This document shows positions 54,701-63,876 of a DNA stretch of 64,000 nt, piece by piece. Under the pieces are notes generated by a model, which saw nothing but the letters and a program-made list of their open reading frames with translations, was not told the origin of the DNA and searched no databases. The position numbers and the translations under genes were made by a program. Position 1 is the stretch's first letter. The number at the start of each line of letters is the position of its first letter. Origin of the DNA: Syntrophobacterales bacterium (GTDB taxonomy: Bacteria; Desulfobacterota; Syntrophia; Syntrophales; UBA2192); NCBI GenBank assembly GCA_018053845.1, contig JAGPKU010000003.1, positions 1,091 to 65,090 on the forward strand. The letters run 5' to 3'.

Positions 54701-54933
54701 TCTTCCCCGAGACGGCGCGGGTCTACATCGGGAGTCTCCTGAAGGGCAAGACCGAGGGGGACGCGCTCAAGGCCGCCGCCCGGGTGTGGGCGTCCGATCG
54801 GGGCTATGCGGAGGGGCAGGACCCGTATTTCCGCTTCTGCTTCGACGGGACGGACCCGCTGGGCGGCGGGTTCCGGGAGCTGGCCGCGGCGATCCTGGGG
54901 CCCCTGCTCGAGCGGGCCGCGGAGGTGCGCTGA
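51712..54933 (+). CDS. recC: exodeoxyribonuclease V gamma subunit
   Basis: 1073 aa with a RecC-like N-terminus (..LYTGNRLEALAGKL.., ..ILVQSRGMERWL..). Followed immediately by recB and recD. Confidence 0.9.
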   Translation: MPGLKLYTGNRLEALAGKLEETLRVPPASPLAPEIILVQSRGMERWLTLELARRLGICANIRFPFPNHFVEDVFRAVVPDLPGSPAFDPEVLAWRVMGLLPRCLGGEGFEPLRAYLADDGRGLKRYQFSRIVARLFDQYLVYRPEMVLGWESGRERHWQATLWRLLAAAGPGLHRAARWKEALARLQRTEPAKALPARISVFGISALPPFHLRTLEAVARTVDVHLFVMNPCREYWYLIYSDREMRRLADRLGTAPADEALHLERGNSLLASMGALGRDFLRMVYDTGCEETDVSEEPGGGSLLALIQSDILNLRDRGADGEKTAVAADDDSIRIHSCHSPMREVEVLQDRILERLDRDPSLTPADILVMTPEIETYAPIIEAVFSLPRDDRRRIPFSVADRGIRTQSAVADTFLRLLDLEDSRMGATEVASFLETDALRRRFALGADDLALVHRWIRDAGIRWGVDGSSRRREGLPGFAENTWLAGIDRLLLGYALPARGDELFMGILPHEGVAEGEAAALGSFLAYLERLFAFAESLREPRDLAGWAAHLGAALDGFFLPEGDEEDEVQTLRRALAGLTLRQGQSGFDGKICAGVLKAHLEEALREPGFASGFITGGVTFCAMLPMRSIPFRVVCLIGLDDAAYPRQTATPGFDLMKEHPRPGDRSRRLDDRYLFLEALLSARESLYISYTGQSIQDNSARPPSVVVSELLDYIDQGFEIPGTADIRDAIVVRHRLQAFSPEYFRGQGLFSYSAENAAAAAAAAAGPGLKRPFIASPLPEPPPEWKTVDVHALARFFANPARTLLARRLGLRLDGAGAPLADVEPMSIEGLERYELGGRLAARCIEGLEAGPLLPVAKALGTLPPGTPGECWFYELCEGARAFAARLRPHLQGEPLGAVDLDRTLGSFRLTGRLPLGLPAGLVHYRYADVRAKDLLRGWIHHLALGAGAGDRYPGRCVVLGRDGGWLLGPVTDGERLLLELLEIYWRGLAVPLPFFPETARVYIGSLLKGKTEGDALKAAARVWASDRGYAEGQDPYFRFCFDGTDPLGGGFRELAAAILGPLLERAAEVR

Positions 54934-54934
54934 G

Positions 54935-57900
54935 ATGCCCGCAGCCGATTCCCCCTTTGACCTGCTGAGGAGCCCGCTCGACGGCAGGAACCTCATCGAG
55001 GCGAGCGCCGGCACGGGGAAGACCTATGCCATCGCGGGCCTGTTCCTGCGGCTGATCGTCGAGAAGCGCATGGCGCCCTCGGACATCCTCGTCGTCACCT
55101 ACACCGTGGCCGCCACGGAGGAGCTGCGCGACCGCATCCGGACCATGATCCGGGAGGCCCTCGACGTGATGGCCGGGAAGGCCGCGGGGGAGAGGTTCCT
55201 CGCCGATTTCGCGCTCGGGCTGGCCGACCGGGACGATGCGCGCGGCAGGCTGCGTGAGGCGCTTCGGGGCTTCGACGAGGCCCCCGTCTGCACGATCCAC
55301 TCCTTTTGCCGCAGGATTCTCGACGAGAACGCCTTCGAGAGCGGCAGCCCATTCGACACGGAGCTGCTGCCCGACGAGCGCACGCTGCGGGAGGAGATCG
55401 TCCGTGATTTCTGGAGGCGGCACTTCTACGAGGCGCCCCCCGAATTCGTCCTCTACGCCCGGGACCGCTTCAGCGGGCCGGCGTCGTTCCTCGCGCTGCT
55501 TCGCGCGGCGCCCTTCCGGCCCGATGCGCGGATCCTCCCCGAGAGCGCCCCTGCGGCCCTGGCGGGCCTCGAGGCGCTGCGGGAGGCCTTCGCCGGCCTG
55601 CGCGCCTCCTGGCCGGGGAGCCGCGCCGGGGTCGAGGCAGCCTTCCGGGACGAGGCCCTGAAAAAGAACGTCTACAGAAATCCGGAGCGTTACCTCGAGG
55701 CCATGGACGCCTTCCTGGCGCGTCCCTGGGCGGCGCTGCCCCTGTCGGAGGACCTCGAGAAGTTCAGTCCCAAGACCCTGGCGGGTGCCGTAAAGAAGAA
55801 CGGCCGCCCCCCGGCCCACCCGTTCTTCGAGCGCTTCGGCGACTTCCGGAACGTGGCGGAGGCCGTCTCCGGCCGGATGGAGGCGCACGTCCGCTTCCTG
55901 CGCAGCGAGCTGTTCCGGTACGTGCGGCAGGAGCTTGCCGTCCGAAAGCGGCGGCGAAACCTCCGGTCCTACGACGACCTGCTGTCCGATCTGCGGGAGG
56001 CGCTCGAGGCGGAGGGCTCCGGCGTCCTCTCCGGGGCGATCCGGAAGAAATACCGGGCCGCGCTGGTCGACGAATTCCAGGACACGGACCCCGTGCAGTT
56101 CGCCATCTTCGAGTCGCTTTTCGGGCAGGGCGAAACGGCGCTCTTCCTCATCGGCGACCCGAAGCAGGCGATCTACAGCTTCCGGGGCGCCGACCTGTTC
56201 GCCTACATCCGTGCCGCCTCCTCCGTGCAGAGGCGCTACACGCTGGCCGAGAACTGGCGCTCGGAGCCGGGCCTGATCCGCGCCGTCAACACCCTGTTCG
56301 GCCGGCGCGCGAACCCCTTCCTCTACGAGTCTGTCCCCTTCGGGCCCGCCCGGGCCGCAGACGGGCGAAAGTCGACCCCGCTGACCCTCGGCGGGCGGCA
56401 GGAGGCGCCCCTGCGCCTCTGGGTCCTGGACGGGGAGGGCGGCCGGATCCCCGGCGAGCAGGCCCGGGAGCGCATCCGCCGCGCCGTGGCGGCCGAGGTC
56501 GCGCGGCTCATCGAGGCGGGGCGTCGCGGCGAGGCCCTCCTGGGGGATCGGCCCCTCCGGGAGGCCGACATGGCCGTTCTGGTCCGCACGAACCGGGAGG
56601 CCCTCCTCGTTCAGGAGTCCCTCACCGATCTCGGCGTCCACAGCGTCCTGTACACCACGGGGAACCTCTTCGACACGGCCGAGGCCCGCGAGGTGGAGCT
56701 GGTGATGCAGGCCGTTGCGGAACCGGGCGACGAGGCGGCCGTCCGCACGGCGCTGGCCACCGACCTGATGGGCCTGGACGGGGCCGCGATCGAGAGGCTC
56801 CTGGGCGACGCGGCGGCCTGGGAGCAGAGGGTCCGCCGGTTCCATGACTGGCGCGACACCTGGGAGCGACACGGCTTTGTCCGCATGTTCCGGGACCTCC
56901 TGCAGGCCGAGGGGGTGCGTCCGCGGCTGCTTGCGCTCCCCGGCGGGGAACGCCGCCTCACCAACGTGCTGCACCTGGCCGAGGTGCTCCACGGCGAGGA
57001 GACGCGCCGGCGCGCCGGCATGGGCGGGCTCATCCAGTGGCTGGCCACGCAGCGCGACGAGGATACGCCGAGGCTCGAGGAGCATCAGCTGAGGCTCGAA
57101 AGCGACGCCGACGCCGTCAAGGTCGTCACGATCCACAAGAGCAAGGGGCTCGAGTACCCGGTCGTCTTCTGTCCCTACAACTGGGGGCCTTCCCGTGCGG
57201 GGAAGGTCTACCAATTCCACGACGAGGGGGACGGCTGGCAGCTCAACGTCGCGCTGGAGGATGCGGGCGAGCAAGCCCGCCGGGCGGCCGAGCGGGAGCA
57301 GCTCGCCGAGAACGTCCGGCTGCTCTACGTCTCCCTGACGAGGGCAAAAAACCGCTGCTATCTCGTCTGGGGGCCCATCAACCGGGCGGAGACCTCGGCG
57401 CCGGCCTACATCCTCCACGGGCCGGACGGCGACCCGTCATGTGCCGTCGACGAGACGGCGGCCCGGGTCGCCGCGATGGATGCCGAGAGCCTTCGGCGGG
57501 AGCTGCAGACGATCGCCGCCGCCTCGGGCGGCGCCGTCGAGGCCGTCCCGATGCCCGAGGGGGCCGCTGCCGCGCATCTGCCCGATGCCGGCCGGACGGG
57601 GCTCCTCGGGGCCCGCGAATTCCGCCGGGAGGCGGCGCGGGCCTTCGAGATCGCCAGCTTCTCCTCCCTCGTCGAGGATGCGGACCGCGGCTCGGCGACC
57701 GGCGAGGGCCTGGCGGAACGCCCCGACCACGACGCGGGGGCCCCCCTGCGGGCCGTCGCGGAAGCACCCGGCCGTGCGGACATCTTCTCCTTCCCCCGGG
57801 GGCCGAGGGCGGGAAAATGCCTCCACGCCGTCTTCGAGCGGCTCGACTTCGCCGACCCCGGGCGCGAGACCCTGGGAGCCGTCGTGGGGGCCGCTCTTGC

Positions 57901-58531
57901 CGAGTACGGCTACGAAGCGCGGTGGGGCGACACCCTGTGCGACATGGTCGGCCGGGTCATCGAGGCGCCCCTCGACGCCGTCGGGGGCGTCCGGCTCGCG
58001 GGTCTTGCGCCCGATCGGTGCCTGCACGAGCTGGGCTTCACGTTCCCCCTGCGGCCCCTGACCCCGGCCGGGCTCCGGGCGCTCTTCGCCGACGCCGGCT
58101 GCACCGCAGGCGACATCCCGGAGCGGATCGGCTCACTTCGCTTCCGGCCCGTCGAGGGGTTCATGAAGGGGTTCATCGACCTCGTGTTCGAATCGGGCGG
58201 GCGGTTCTACCTCGTCGACTGGAAGTCGAACCACCTCGGGATGCGTCCCGAGGACTACGATGCGGGGGCCCTGGCGGCCGTGATGCGGGAGGACCTGTAC
58301 GTTCTCCAGTACCACCTCTATGCCGTGGCCCTGCACGAGTACCTGAGGGGCCGGGTGCCGGACTACGACTACGACAGGCATTTCGGCGGGGCCTTCTACG
58401 TGTTTCTGCGGGGCGTGGACCCTGCGCGCTCCCCCGGCTGCGGCATCTTCCGGGACCGCCCCGCGCGCCGGCTCATCGAGACCCTCGCTGAGGGACTCGT
58501 GGCAAGGCCCCATGAGGTCACGGGATCATGA
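54935..58531 (+). CDS. recB: exodeoxyribonuclease V beta subunit (helicase-nuclease)
   Basis: Start MPAADSPFD lies inside ORF 54806..58531. It has the UvrD-type helicase motif I EASAGTGKTY and a C-terminal PD-(D/E)xK nuclease block (..GFIDLVFE..YLVDWKSN..). Confidence 0.92.
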   Translation: MPAADSPFDLLRSPLDGRNLIEASAGTGKTYAIAGLFLRLIVEKRMAPSDILVVTYTVAATEELRDRIRTMIREALDVMAGKAAGERFLADFALGLADRDDARGRLREALRGFDEAPVCTIHSFCRRILDENAFESGSPFDTELLPDERTLREEIVRDFWRRHFYEAPPEFVLYARDRFSGPASFLALLRAAPFRPDARILPESAPAALAGLEALREAFAGLRASWPGSRAGVEAAFRDEALKKNVYRNPERYLEAMDAFLARPWAALPLSEDLEKFSPKTLAGAVKKNGRPPAHPFFERFGDFRNVAEAVSGRMEAHVRFLRSELFRYVRQELAVRKRRRNLRSYDDLLSDLREALEAEGSGVLSGAIRKKYRAALVDEFQDTDPVQFAIFESLFGQGETALFLIGDPKQAIYSFRGADLFAYIRAASSVQRRYTLAENWRSEPGLIRAVNTLFGRRANPFLYESVPFGPARAADGRKSTPLTLGGRQEAPLRLWVLDGEGGRIPGEQARERIRRAVAAEVARLIEAGRRGEALLGDRPLREADMAVLVRTNREALLVQESLTDLGVHSVLYTTGNLFDTAEAREVELVMQAVAEPGDEAAVRTALATDLMGLDGAAIERLLGDAAAWEQRVRRFHDWRDTWERHGFVRMFRDLLQAEGVRPRLLALPGGERRLTNVLHLAEVLHGEETRRRAGMGGLIQWLATQRDEDTPRLEEHQLRLESDADAVKVVTIHKSKGLEYPVVFCPYNWGPSRAGKVYQFHDEGDGWQLNVALEDAGEQARRAAEREQLAENVRLLYVSLTRAKNRCYLVWGPINRAETSAPAYILHGPDGDPSCAVDETAARVAAMDAESLRRELQTIAAASGGAVEAVPMPEGAAAAHLPDAGRTGLLGAREFRREAARAFEIASFSSLVEDADRGSATGEGLAERPDHDAGAPLRAVAEAPGRADIFSFPRGPRAGKCLHAVFERLDFADPGRETLGAVVGAALAEYGYEARWGDTLCDMVGRVIEAPLDAVGGVRLAGLAPDRCLHELGFTFPLRPLTPAGLRALFADAGCTAGDIPERIGSLRFRPVEGFMKGFIDLVFESGGRFYLVDWKSNHLGMRPEDYDAGALAAVMREDLYVLQYHLYAVALHEYLRGRVPDYDYDRHFGGAFYVFLRGVDPARSPGCGIFRDRPARRLIETLAEGLVARPHEVTGS

Positions 58532-60378
58532 GCACCGGGGTCGTCGACAGCCTCCATGCGGCAGGCTCGGTCTCCACCCTCGACCGGGGCTTCGCGCGCC
58601 TCATGGCGCGCCTCGCGGGATCGCGGGACGGGGCGCTCGAACTTGCCGCCGCCCTCGTGAGCCGCTCCTCGACCGAGGGGAACATCTGCCTCGACCTGGC
58701 CGGCCTTGCAGGCGAGGCGGCTGCGGCGGGCCCGGGCGCGCCCCGCTGCCCCGCGCTGGAGCCCTGGGTTTCCGCGCTGCGCCGCAGCGCCGTCGTCGGC
58801 GCCCCCGGGGATTGGCGCCCGCTCATCCTGCACGGGACCCGCCTGTACCTGTACCGGCACTGGGAAGCGGAGCAGGGCCTCGTCCGATTCCTGCAGGAGC
58901 GCTCGCAGGGCCCGGGCCCCGCGGTCGACGTCGGGCTGCTCCGGGAGGGGATCCTGCGGCTCTTCCCGAACCGGGACGGGGAGACCGACTGGCAGCGGGT
59001 CGCCGCGGCCGTTGCCGTGCTGCAGCCCTTCTGCGTGATCACGGGAGGCCCCGGGACGGGGAAGACGACGACGGCGGCGGCCGTGCTGGCCCTGCTGCTG
59101 GAACAGGCGAAGGCCCGGCCGCCGCGGATCGCCCTTGCCGCGCCGACGGGGAAGGCGGCCGCACGGCTGCAGGAGGCCATCCGCGACTCGGCCGCCCGGC
59201 TCCGCTGCGGGCAGGACATCCGGGAGCGCCTCGCCGGCATGGAGGCCACCACCCTGCACCGCCTGCTCGGGGGCCGCCCCGGTGTTTTCCCGTTCGGCCG
59301 GGACGAGGAAGAGCCGCTGCCCTTCGACACGGTTGTCGTGGACGAGGCCTCGATGGTCCCCCTGCACCTCCTCCATGCCCTGGCGAGGGCCCTGTCCGGG
59401 GACGCGCGGCTGATCCTCCTGGGCGACCGGGACCAGCTGGCCTCGGTGGAGGCCGGCGCCGTTCTCGGGGATCTCTGCGGCCCGGGTCACAGGCGCCTGT
59501 TTTCCGGTGCCGCCGCGGGGAGGATCGCCGAGGCGAGCGGCGAGACGGTGCCGCTGCTGCCTGCGGGTCAGAAGCCCTCTCCCGTCGGCGACGGCATCGT
59601 CGAGCTCGAACGCAACTGGCGCTTCGGGGCCGAAAGCGGGATCGGCAGGCTCGCACGGGCCATCCGGGAAGGCCGCCCGGACGAGGCCCTTTCGACGTTG
59701 CGGGCCGGCGGTCTCGGCGATCTGGGCTACCGGGCCGTCCCCGGGCCCCGCGACCTCGCGGGGGCCCTCGTCGAGCCGGTGCTGGCCGGGTACGGCGATT
59801 ACCTCGGCGGGAGCGGGCCGGGGGAGATCTTCGAGCGCTTCAACCGCTTCCGGATCCTCTGCGCCCTCCGCGAGGGACCGTTCTCCGTGGAGGCCCTCAA
59901 CGAGGCCGTGACGGCGATCCTGGCCCGCGCGGGACGCCTGCGGCCGGGGCGCCCCTGGTACGAGGGACGTCCGGTCATGGTGACCCGCAACGACTACGGC
60001 CTGCGGCTCTTCAACGGCGATGTGGGCATCGCGCTGGCCGACCCCGATGCGGACGGGGCCATTCGCGTCTTCTTCCCGTCCCCCGATGGGTCCATGCGGA
60101 AGTTCGAGCCCTACCGCCTGCCCGAGCACGAGACGGTCTTCGCGATGACCGTGCACAAGAGCCAGGGGACGGAGTTCGATCACGTGCTGCTCATTCTTCC
60201 CGAGGGCGACGCGCGGGTGCTGACGCGGGAGCTGCTGTACACGGGTCTGACCCGGGCCCGCAAGCGCGTCGATTGCTGGGCGGGCGCGGAGGCTCTCCGG
60301 GCGGCGTTGTCGCGCAGGATTGAGCGGGTCAGCGGACTCCGGGATGCCCTCTGGCCGCAGGTAACAGGTAACAGGTAA
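58528..60378 (+). CDS. recD: exodeoxyribonuclease V alpha subunit
   Basis: ATGA overlap with recB. It has the SF1 helicase P-loop GGPGTGKTT and ..TVHKSQGTEF... The last 7 codons and the stop are encoded by the (CAGGTAA)4 array. Confidence 0.92.
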   Translation: MSTGVVDSLHAAGSVSTLDRGFARLMARLAGSRDGALELAAALVSRSSTEGNICLDLAGLAGEAAAAGPGAPRCPALEPWVSALRRSAVVGAPGDWRPLILHGTRLYLYRHWEAEQGLVRFLQERSQGPGPAVDVGLLREGILRLFPNRDGETDWQRVAAAVAVLQPFCVITGGPGTGKTTTAAAVLALLLEQAKARPPRIALAAPTGKAAARLQEAIRDSAARLRCGQDIRERLAGMEATTLHRLLGGRPGVFPFGRDEEEPLPFDTVVVDEASMVPLHLLHALARALSGDARLILLGDRDQLASVEAGAVLGDLCGPGHRRLFSGAAAGRIAEASGETVPLLPAGQKPSPVGDGIVELERNWRFGAESGIGRLARAIREGRPDEALSTLRAGGLGDLGYRAVPGPRDLAGALVEPVLAGYGDYLGGSGPGEIFERFNRFRILCALREGPFSVEALNEAVTAILARAGRLRPGRPWYEGRPVMVTRNDYGLRLFNGDVGIALADPDADGAIRVFFPSPDGSMRKFEPYRLPEHETVFAMTVHKSQGTEFDHVLLILPEGDARVLTRELLYTGLTRARKRVDCWAGAEALRAALSRRIERVSGLRDALWPQVTGNR

Positions 60379-60448
60379 CAGGTAACAGGACTCCCCTGCC
60401 GCCTGTCTTTGCCTGTCACCTGCGACCTGCCACCTGTCACCGTTTTTT
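60358..60448 (+). repeat. 7-nt-periodic inverted array with T6 tail (terminator-like) at the end of recCBD
   Basis: (CAGGTAA)4 CAGG (60358-60389), a short loop, then TCCCCTG CCGCCTG TCTTTGCCTG TCACCTG CGACCTG CCACCTG TCACCG (60392-60442), then TTTTTT (60443-60448). Confidence 0.9.
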
Positions 60449-60586
60449 AGACGGTTGTCCGGCACCCTGTCACATTTTCCGCGATGCCAAAACGGCACGA
60501 ATGATCCTCTCAGGAGGCTTTTCCTCTCTTCTGGCAGGCGTTCCGCCCAAAGCCCTCGAACCCGTCAGCTCGCTGAAACTCGCATG

Positions 60587-60628
60587 ATTCCTGACGCCTG
60601 TCGCCTGATGCCTGGTGCCTGCTTTTTT
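60587..60628 (+). repeat. orphan pyrimidine-type heptamer arm (NNGCCTG-like x5) followed by T6
   Basis: ATTCCTG ACGCCTG TCGCCTG ATGCCTG GTGCCTG (60587-60621), C, then TTTTTT (60623-60628). There is no adjacent CAGGC-type arm. Its complement resembles 61355-61389. Confidence 0.85.
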
Positions 60629-60721
60629 GGCATGAATCGTGCTGATTGACCCTCTGCAGGAAGGTCTTTTGTCGGGATACCGATCCGGGCAGGGACCGGG
60701 GAATCCGAATTCACACGAGAG

Positions 60722-61363
60722 ATGCGCCCGATGGATGTGCAGACGAAAACCAGGCTGGACCGGAAGTGGAAGAAACACGCGGACGAGATGGAGCTGGAGG
60801 TCATCCAGAAGCTCAAGGGGAACTCCGACTATCACGTGCTCGAAGTGGTCCGGGCCTCGCTGAAGCGCTTCGGCGTGGAAAAGGCGGGTCTCCGCAGAGA
60901 CAGCTTCGTCATGCGGATCGAAGCCGCGGCGGGAACGGACGAGGGCCGGCGGTCGGCCGGCGGATGGCTGTGCTTCGAGAGCGAGCCCGACGCCGTGTTC
61001 TACCTCTTCCATGTCTGGCTCCGGCACGTCAAGACCAACTTCAACGCCCTGGACGACGCCATGGCCGACACGGTGGATCTCGTGGAGAAGGCGATGGGGA
61101 TCGCCGTGCGCGAGGGGGGGTTCGGCAACGAGGTCCTCAGGGACATGATCATCCGCGCCATCGGCCGGCTGGCCTCCGTGTCCTTCGCGGCCGGGGTCTG
61201 TCTCGACGGCGGGGAGATCGAATCGGAGCTCCTCGAAGGCTGCTCGAGGGGCGACGGCCGCCACGACGAGCTCGCGAAGCTCGCCGCGACGGGCGCCCTG
61301 GACGTGCAGAACCGGAAGCACCTCAAGATGCTCGAGGCGTGGATGGCGGCAAGACAGGCGTAA
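60722..61363 (+). CDS. hypothetical protein, no motif recognised
   Basis: 213-aa ORF with high third-position G+C like its neighbours. The overlapping frames give only Arg-rich junk. The stop TAA (61361-61363) lies in the following array. Confidence 0.6.
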   Translation: MRPMDVQTKTRLDRKWKKHADEMELEVIQKLKGNSDYHVLEVVRASLKRFGVEKAGLRRDSFVMRIEAAAGTDEGRRSAGGWLCFESEPDAVFYLFHVWLRHVKTNFNALDDAMADTVDLVEKAMGIAVREGGFGNEVLRDMIIRAIGRLASVSFAAGVCLDGGEIESELLEGCSRGDGRHDELAKLAATGALDVQNRKHLKMLEAWMAARQA

Positions 61364-61389
61364 GGCGTCAGGCGCAAGGCATCAGGCGG
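61355..61389 (+). repeat. orphan purine-type heptamer arm (CAGGCGT AAGGCGT CAGGCGC AAGGCAT CAGGCGG)
   Basis: Read directly from the sequence. There is no adjacent complementary arm. A conventional terminator follows. Confidence 0.85.
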
Positions 61390-61396
61390 AGAAAGG

Positions 61397-61427
61397 GACC
61401 GGGGGCATGAATCCCCGGTCTTTTTTT
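61397..61427 (+). terminator. rho-independent terminator
   Basis: GACCGGGG (61397-61404), an 8-nt loop, CCCCGGTC (61413-61420), then T7 (61421-61427). It overlaps the stop of the convergent hydrolase gene. Confidence 0.8.
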
Positions 61428-62268
61428 ATCCCCGGCCCTCCGCAAGGAATCCCAGGACAAGCCGGTTGAACGCCTCGGGGTACTCCACGTTCGGCATGTG
61501 GCCGCAGCGCTCGAAGATGTGCAGGCGCGCCCCGGGGATGCGGCCGGCGGCATCGAGGGCCTGTCCCACGGGGAGGATCCGGTCCCGGCGGCCCCAGAGG
61601 ATGAGCACGGGTGCGGCGATCGTGCCGAGCCCCTTGCGGAGGGGTTCCAGGATGCCGGGCCTGGCGCCCCGGATCGTGACGACGGCGCGCAGGATGGCCG
61701 TGAAGGCCCGGACCGCGCCCGGCTGAAAGAACATGTCGTAGTAGAGCCGCGCGAACTCGGGGGTGATCGCGGCGGGGTCGTAGACGAGGCGGCGCAGAAA
61801 GCGGGTGAAGACCGGCAGGGGGGGCCTGCAGAAGACGCGGTCGAACAAGGGGAGCGAGGCGATCCGCAGCGGGAGGCTGACATCAGGCCCGAGACCGGCG
61901 CTGCTTGCCAGGACGAGCCGGTCCACACGGCCCGGGTCATCGAGGGTGACGCGAAGCGCCACGCCGCCGCCGAGGGAATGGCCGACGAGGGCCGCGCGCC
62001 CGAGGCCGAGGGCCGTCATGAAATCCCGGATGAAGCGGGAATAGGCCGCGGGGCTGAAGTCCATCCCCGGGGGCACGGCCGTTCTTCCGAACCCGGGGAG
62101 ATCGGGGGCGAAGACGCGGTGACTCGCGGCCAGGGCGCCGATGTTGGCCGACCAGATCTCCGCCGAGGCGCCCAGGCCGTGGATGAGCACGACGGGCGGG
62201 CCGTCTTCGCCGGCACGCAGGAAGCGTGCGTGAAGTCCGTTCACGTCGACCGTACGCTCGGCAGGCAT
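61426..62268 (-). CDS. alpha/beta-fold hydrolase
   Basis: Start MPAERTVDVNG lies inside ORF 61426..62838. It has the HG oxyanion motif ..VVLIHGLGAS.., the nucleophile elbow GHSLGG and a C-terminal ..CGHMPNVE.. His. Confidence 0.8.
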   Translation of the reverse strand: MPAERTVDVNGLHARFLRAGEDGPPVVLIHGLGASAEIWSANIGALAASHRVFAPDLPGFGRTAVPPGMDFSPAAYSRFIRDFMTALGLGRAALVGHSLGGGVALRVTLDDPGRVDRLVLASSAGLGPDVSLPLRIASLPLFDRVFCRPPLPVFTRFLRRLVYDPAAITPEFARLYYDMFFQPGAVRAFTAILRAVVTIRGARPGILEPLRKGLGTIAAPVLILWGRRDRILPVGQALDAAGRIPGARLHIFERCGHMPNVEYPEAFNRLVLGFLAEGRG

Positions 62269-62448
62269 GATGTCCGGTCTCCTTTTCCGTCCTCGCCGGG
62301 TTTTGCCGCAAAGCGGGAAGCTCTCCCGCGGCAGTGCAAATAACGGTTGAGTTTTTCCGCAATCTCTATACAATGCAGCCGGGTCTGTCAACTGATGGGA
62401 CGTTGTTCCGCTATGCGACATGGCCCGATTTTTTTCCCTACAGGCAGT

Positions 62449-63876
62449 ATGACCAAAGAGAAACAGATCGACAAGCTCAAGTCGCTGGGCGACGAGTTCA
62501 TCTACGCGCTGATCGACAACCCCTACGAGTGCCCCATCGTCATCGACAAAAAGGGGATCATCCGTTTCATGAGCCGCTTCAGCAGGCGCCTCATCGGCAT
62601 CGATCCCGAGGAGGCCGTGGGCAGGCACATCAAGGATGTCATCAAGGAGACCCGCCTCCACGAGATCCTCAAGGACGGCAAGGCCCGGATCGCCGATCTG
62701 CTTTACATCGCCGGCCGGCAGCAGGTCATTTCGCGGATCCCCCTGAAGGATCTGCAGGGCAGGATCCTCGGCGCCGTGGGCAAGGGGGTCTTCAGCAAGG
62801 TCTCCAAGGTGGCCGAGCTGTCGCAGCGGATCGAGCACCTGAGCGACCAGGTCAAATACTACAAGCAGCGGGTCACCGACATGAGGGGCGGCTCAACGAT
62901 CGTCGGCGGCACGGAGGCCATCCTGCGCATGAAGGAGAATGCGCTGCTGGCCGCGAAGAGCAACGCGTCGGTCCTCATCACGGGAGAATCCGGCACGGGG
63001 AAAGAGGTGGTGGCCTACTTCATCCACCAGAACAGTTCCCGGTCCGGCGGGCCCTTCATCCGGGTCAACTGCGCCTCGATTCCCCGGGAGCTCTTCGAAA
63101 GCGAACTGTTCGGTTACGAGGGCGGCGCCTTCACCGGGGCACGCTCCCAGGGCAAACCGGGAAAGTTCGAACTGGCCAACGGGGGCACGATCCTGCTCGA
63201 CGAGATCGGCGAGATGCCCCGGCCCATGCAGGCGAAGCTCCTGCGGGTGCTCCAGGAGCGCACCGTCGACCGGCTGGGGGGGACCAAGCCGATCCCGGCC
63301 GATTTCAGGCTCATCGCCGCCACGAACCGGGACCTGCAGGAGATGGTGCGCAAGGGGGATTTCCGGATGGATCTCTTCTACCGCATCAACATCCTCAGCA
63401 TTCACGCGCCGAGTCTCAGGGATATCCGGGGGGATATCCCCCTGCTTGCCGCCCATCTCATCGGCCTGCTCAACGAGGAAATGGGCTGGGGTGCCTCGGC
63501 CATCTCCCCCGAGGCCATGGAAGAGCTGAAGAGATACGACTGGCCCGGCAACGTGCGGGAGCTGCGCAACGTGATCGAGAGGGCCATGATCATCGCCAAG
63601 GAGCGCGTCATCCGCCCGGAGGATCTCCCCGACAGGATCCGCGGCGGGGCGGGCGCGGTCTCGATCCCGCCGGCAGCCTCCCGATCTCCCCGCGCGGGGA
63701 ACCTGCGCCTCATCCTCGCGGAGACGGAGCGGCAGGTCATCCTCGAGACTCTTCGAAATGCCGGGGGCAACAAGGCCAAGGCCGCAAAGATGCTGGGCAT
63801 CCACCGGACCTCGCTCTACCAGAAGATGCGGATGCACGGGATGGACCCCGACGGGGAGATCGATTTCAGCCTCTGA
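62449..63876 (+). CDS. sigma-54-dependent transcriptional activator with N-terminal PAS-like sensor
   Basis: Start MTKEKQ lies inside ORF 62347..63876. The AAA+ domain has GESGTGKE and the GAFTGA sigma-54 contact motif. A C-terminal Fis-type HTH is present (..GNKAKAAKMLGIHRTSLYQKM..). Confidence 0.88.
   Translation: MTKEKQIDKLKSLGDEFIYALIDNPYECPIVIDKKGIIRFMSRFSRRLIGIDPEEAVGRHIKDVIKETRLHEILKDGKARIADLLYIAGRQQVISRIPLKDLQGRILGAVGKGVFSKVSKVAELSQRIEHLSDQVKYYKQRVTDMRGGSTIVGGTEAILRMKENALLAAKSNASVLITGESGTGKEVVAYFIHQNSSRSGGPFIRVNCASIPRELFESELFGYEGGAFTGARSQGKPGKFELANGGTILLDEIGEMPRPMQAKLLRVLQERTVDRLGGTKPIPADFRLIAATNRDLQEMVRKGDFRMDLFYRINILSIHAPSLRDIRGDIPLLAAHLIGLLNEEMGWGASAISPEAMEELKRYDWPGNVRELRNVIERAMIIAKERVIRPEDLPDRIRGGAGAVSIPPAASRSPRAGNLRLILAETERQVILETLRNAGGNKAKAAKMLGIHRTSLYQKMRMHGMDPDGEIDFSL

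Noticed and set aside
60587-61389. The arm-gene-arm segment as an integrated small circular or mobile element
   Set aside because: The reversed arm order would fit linearisation of a circle inside a hairpin loop. However, the ORF has host-like codon usage, there is no integrase, transposase or target duplication, and the arms are only partly complementary. I kept it only as a long-range pairing hypothesis.
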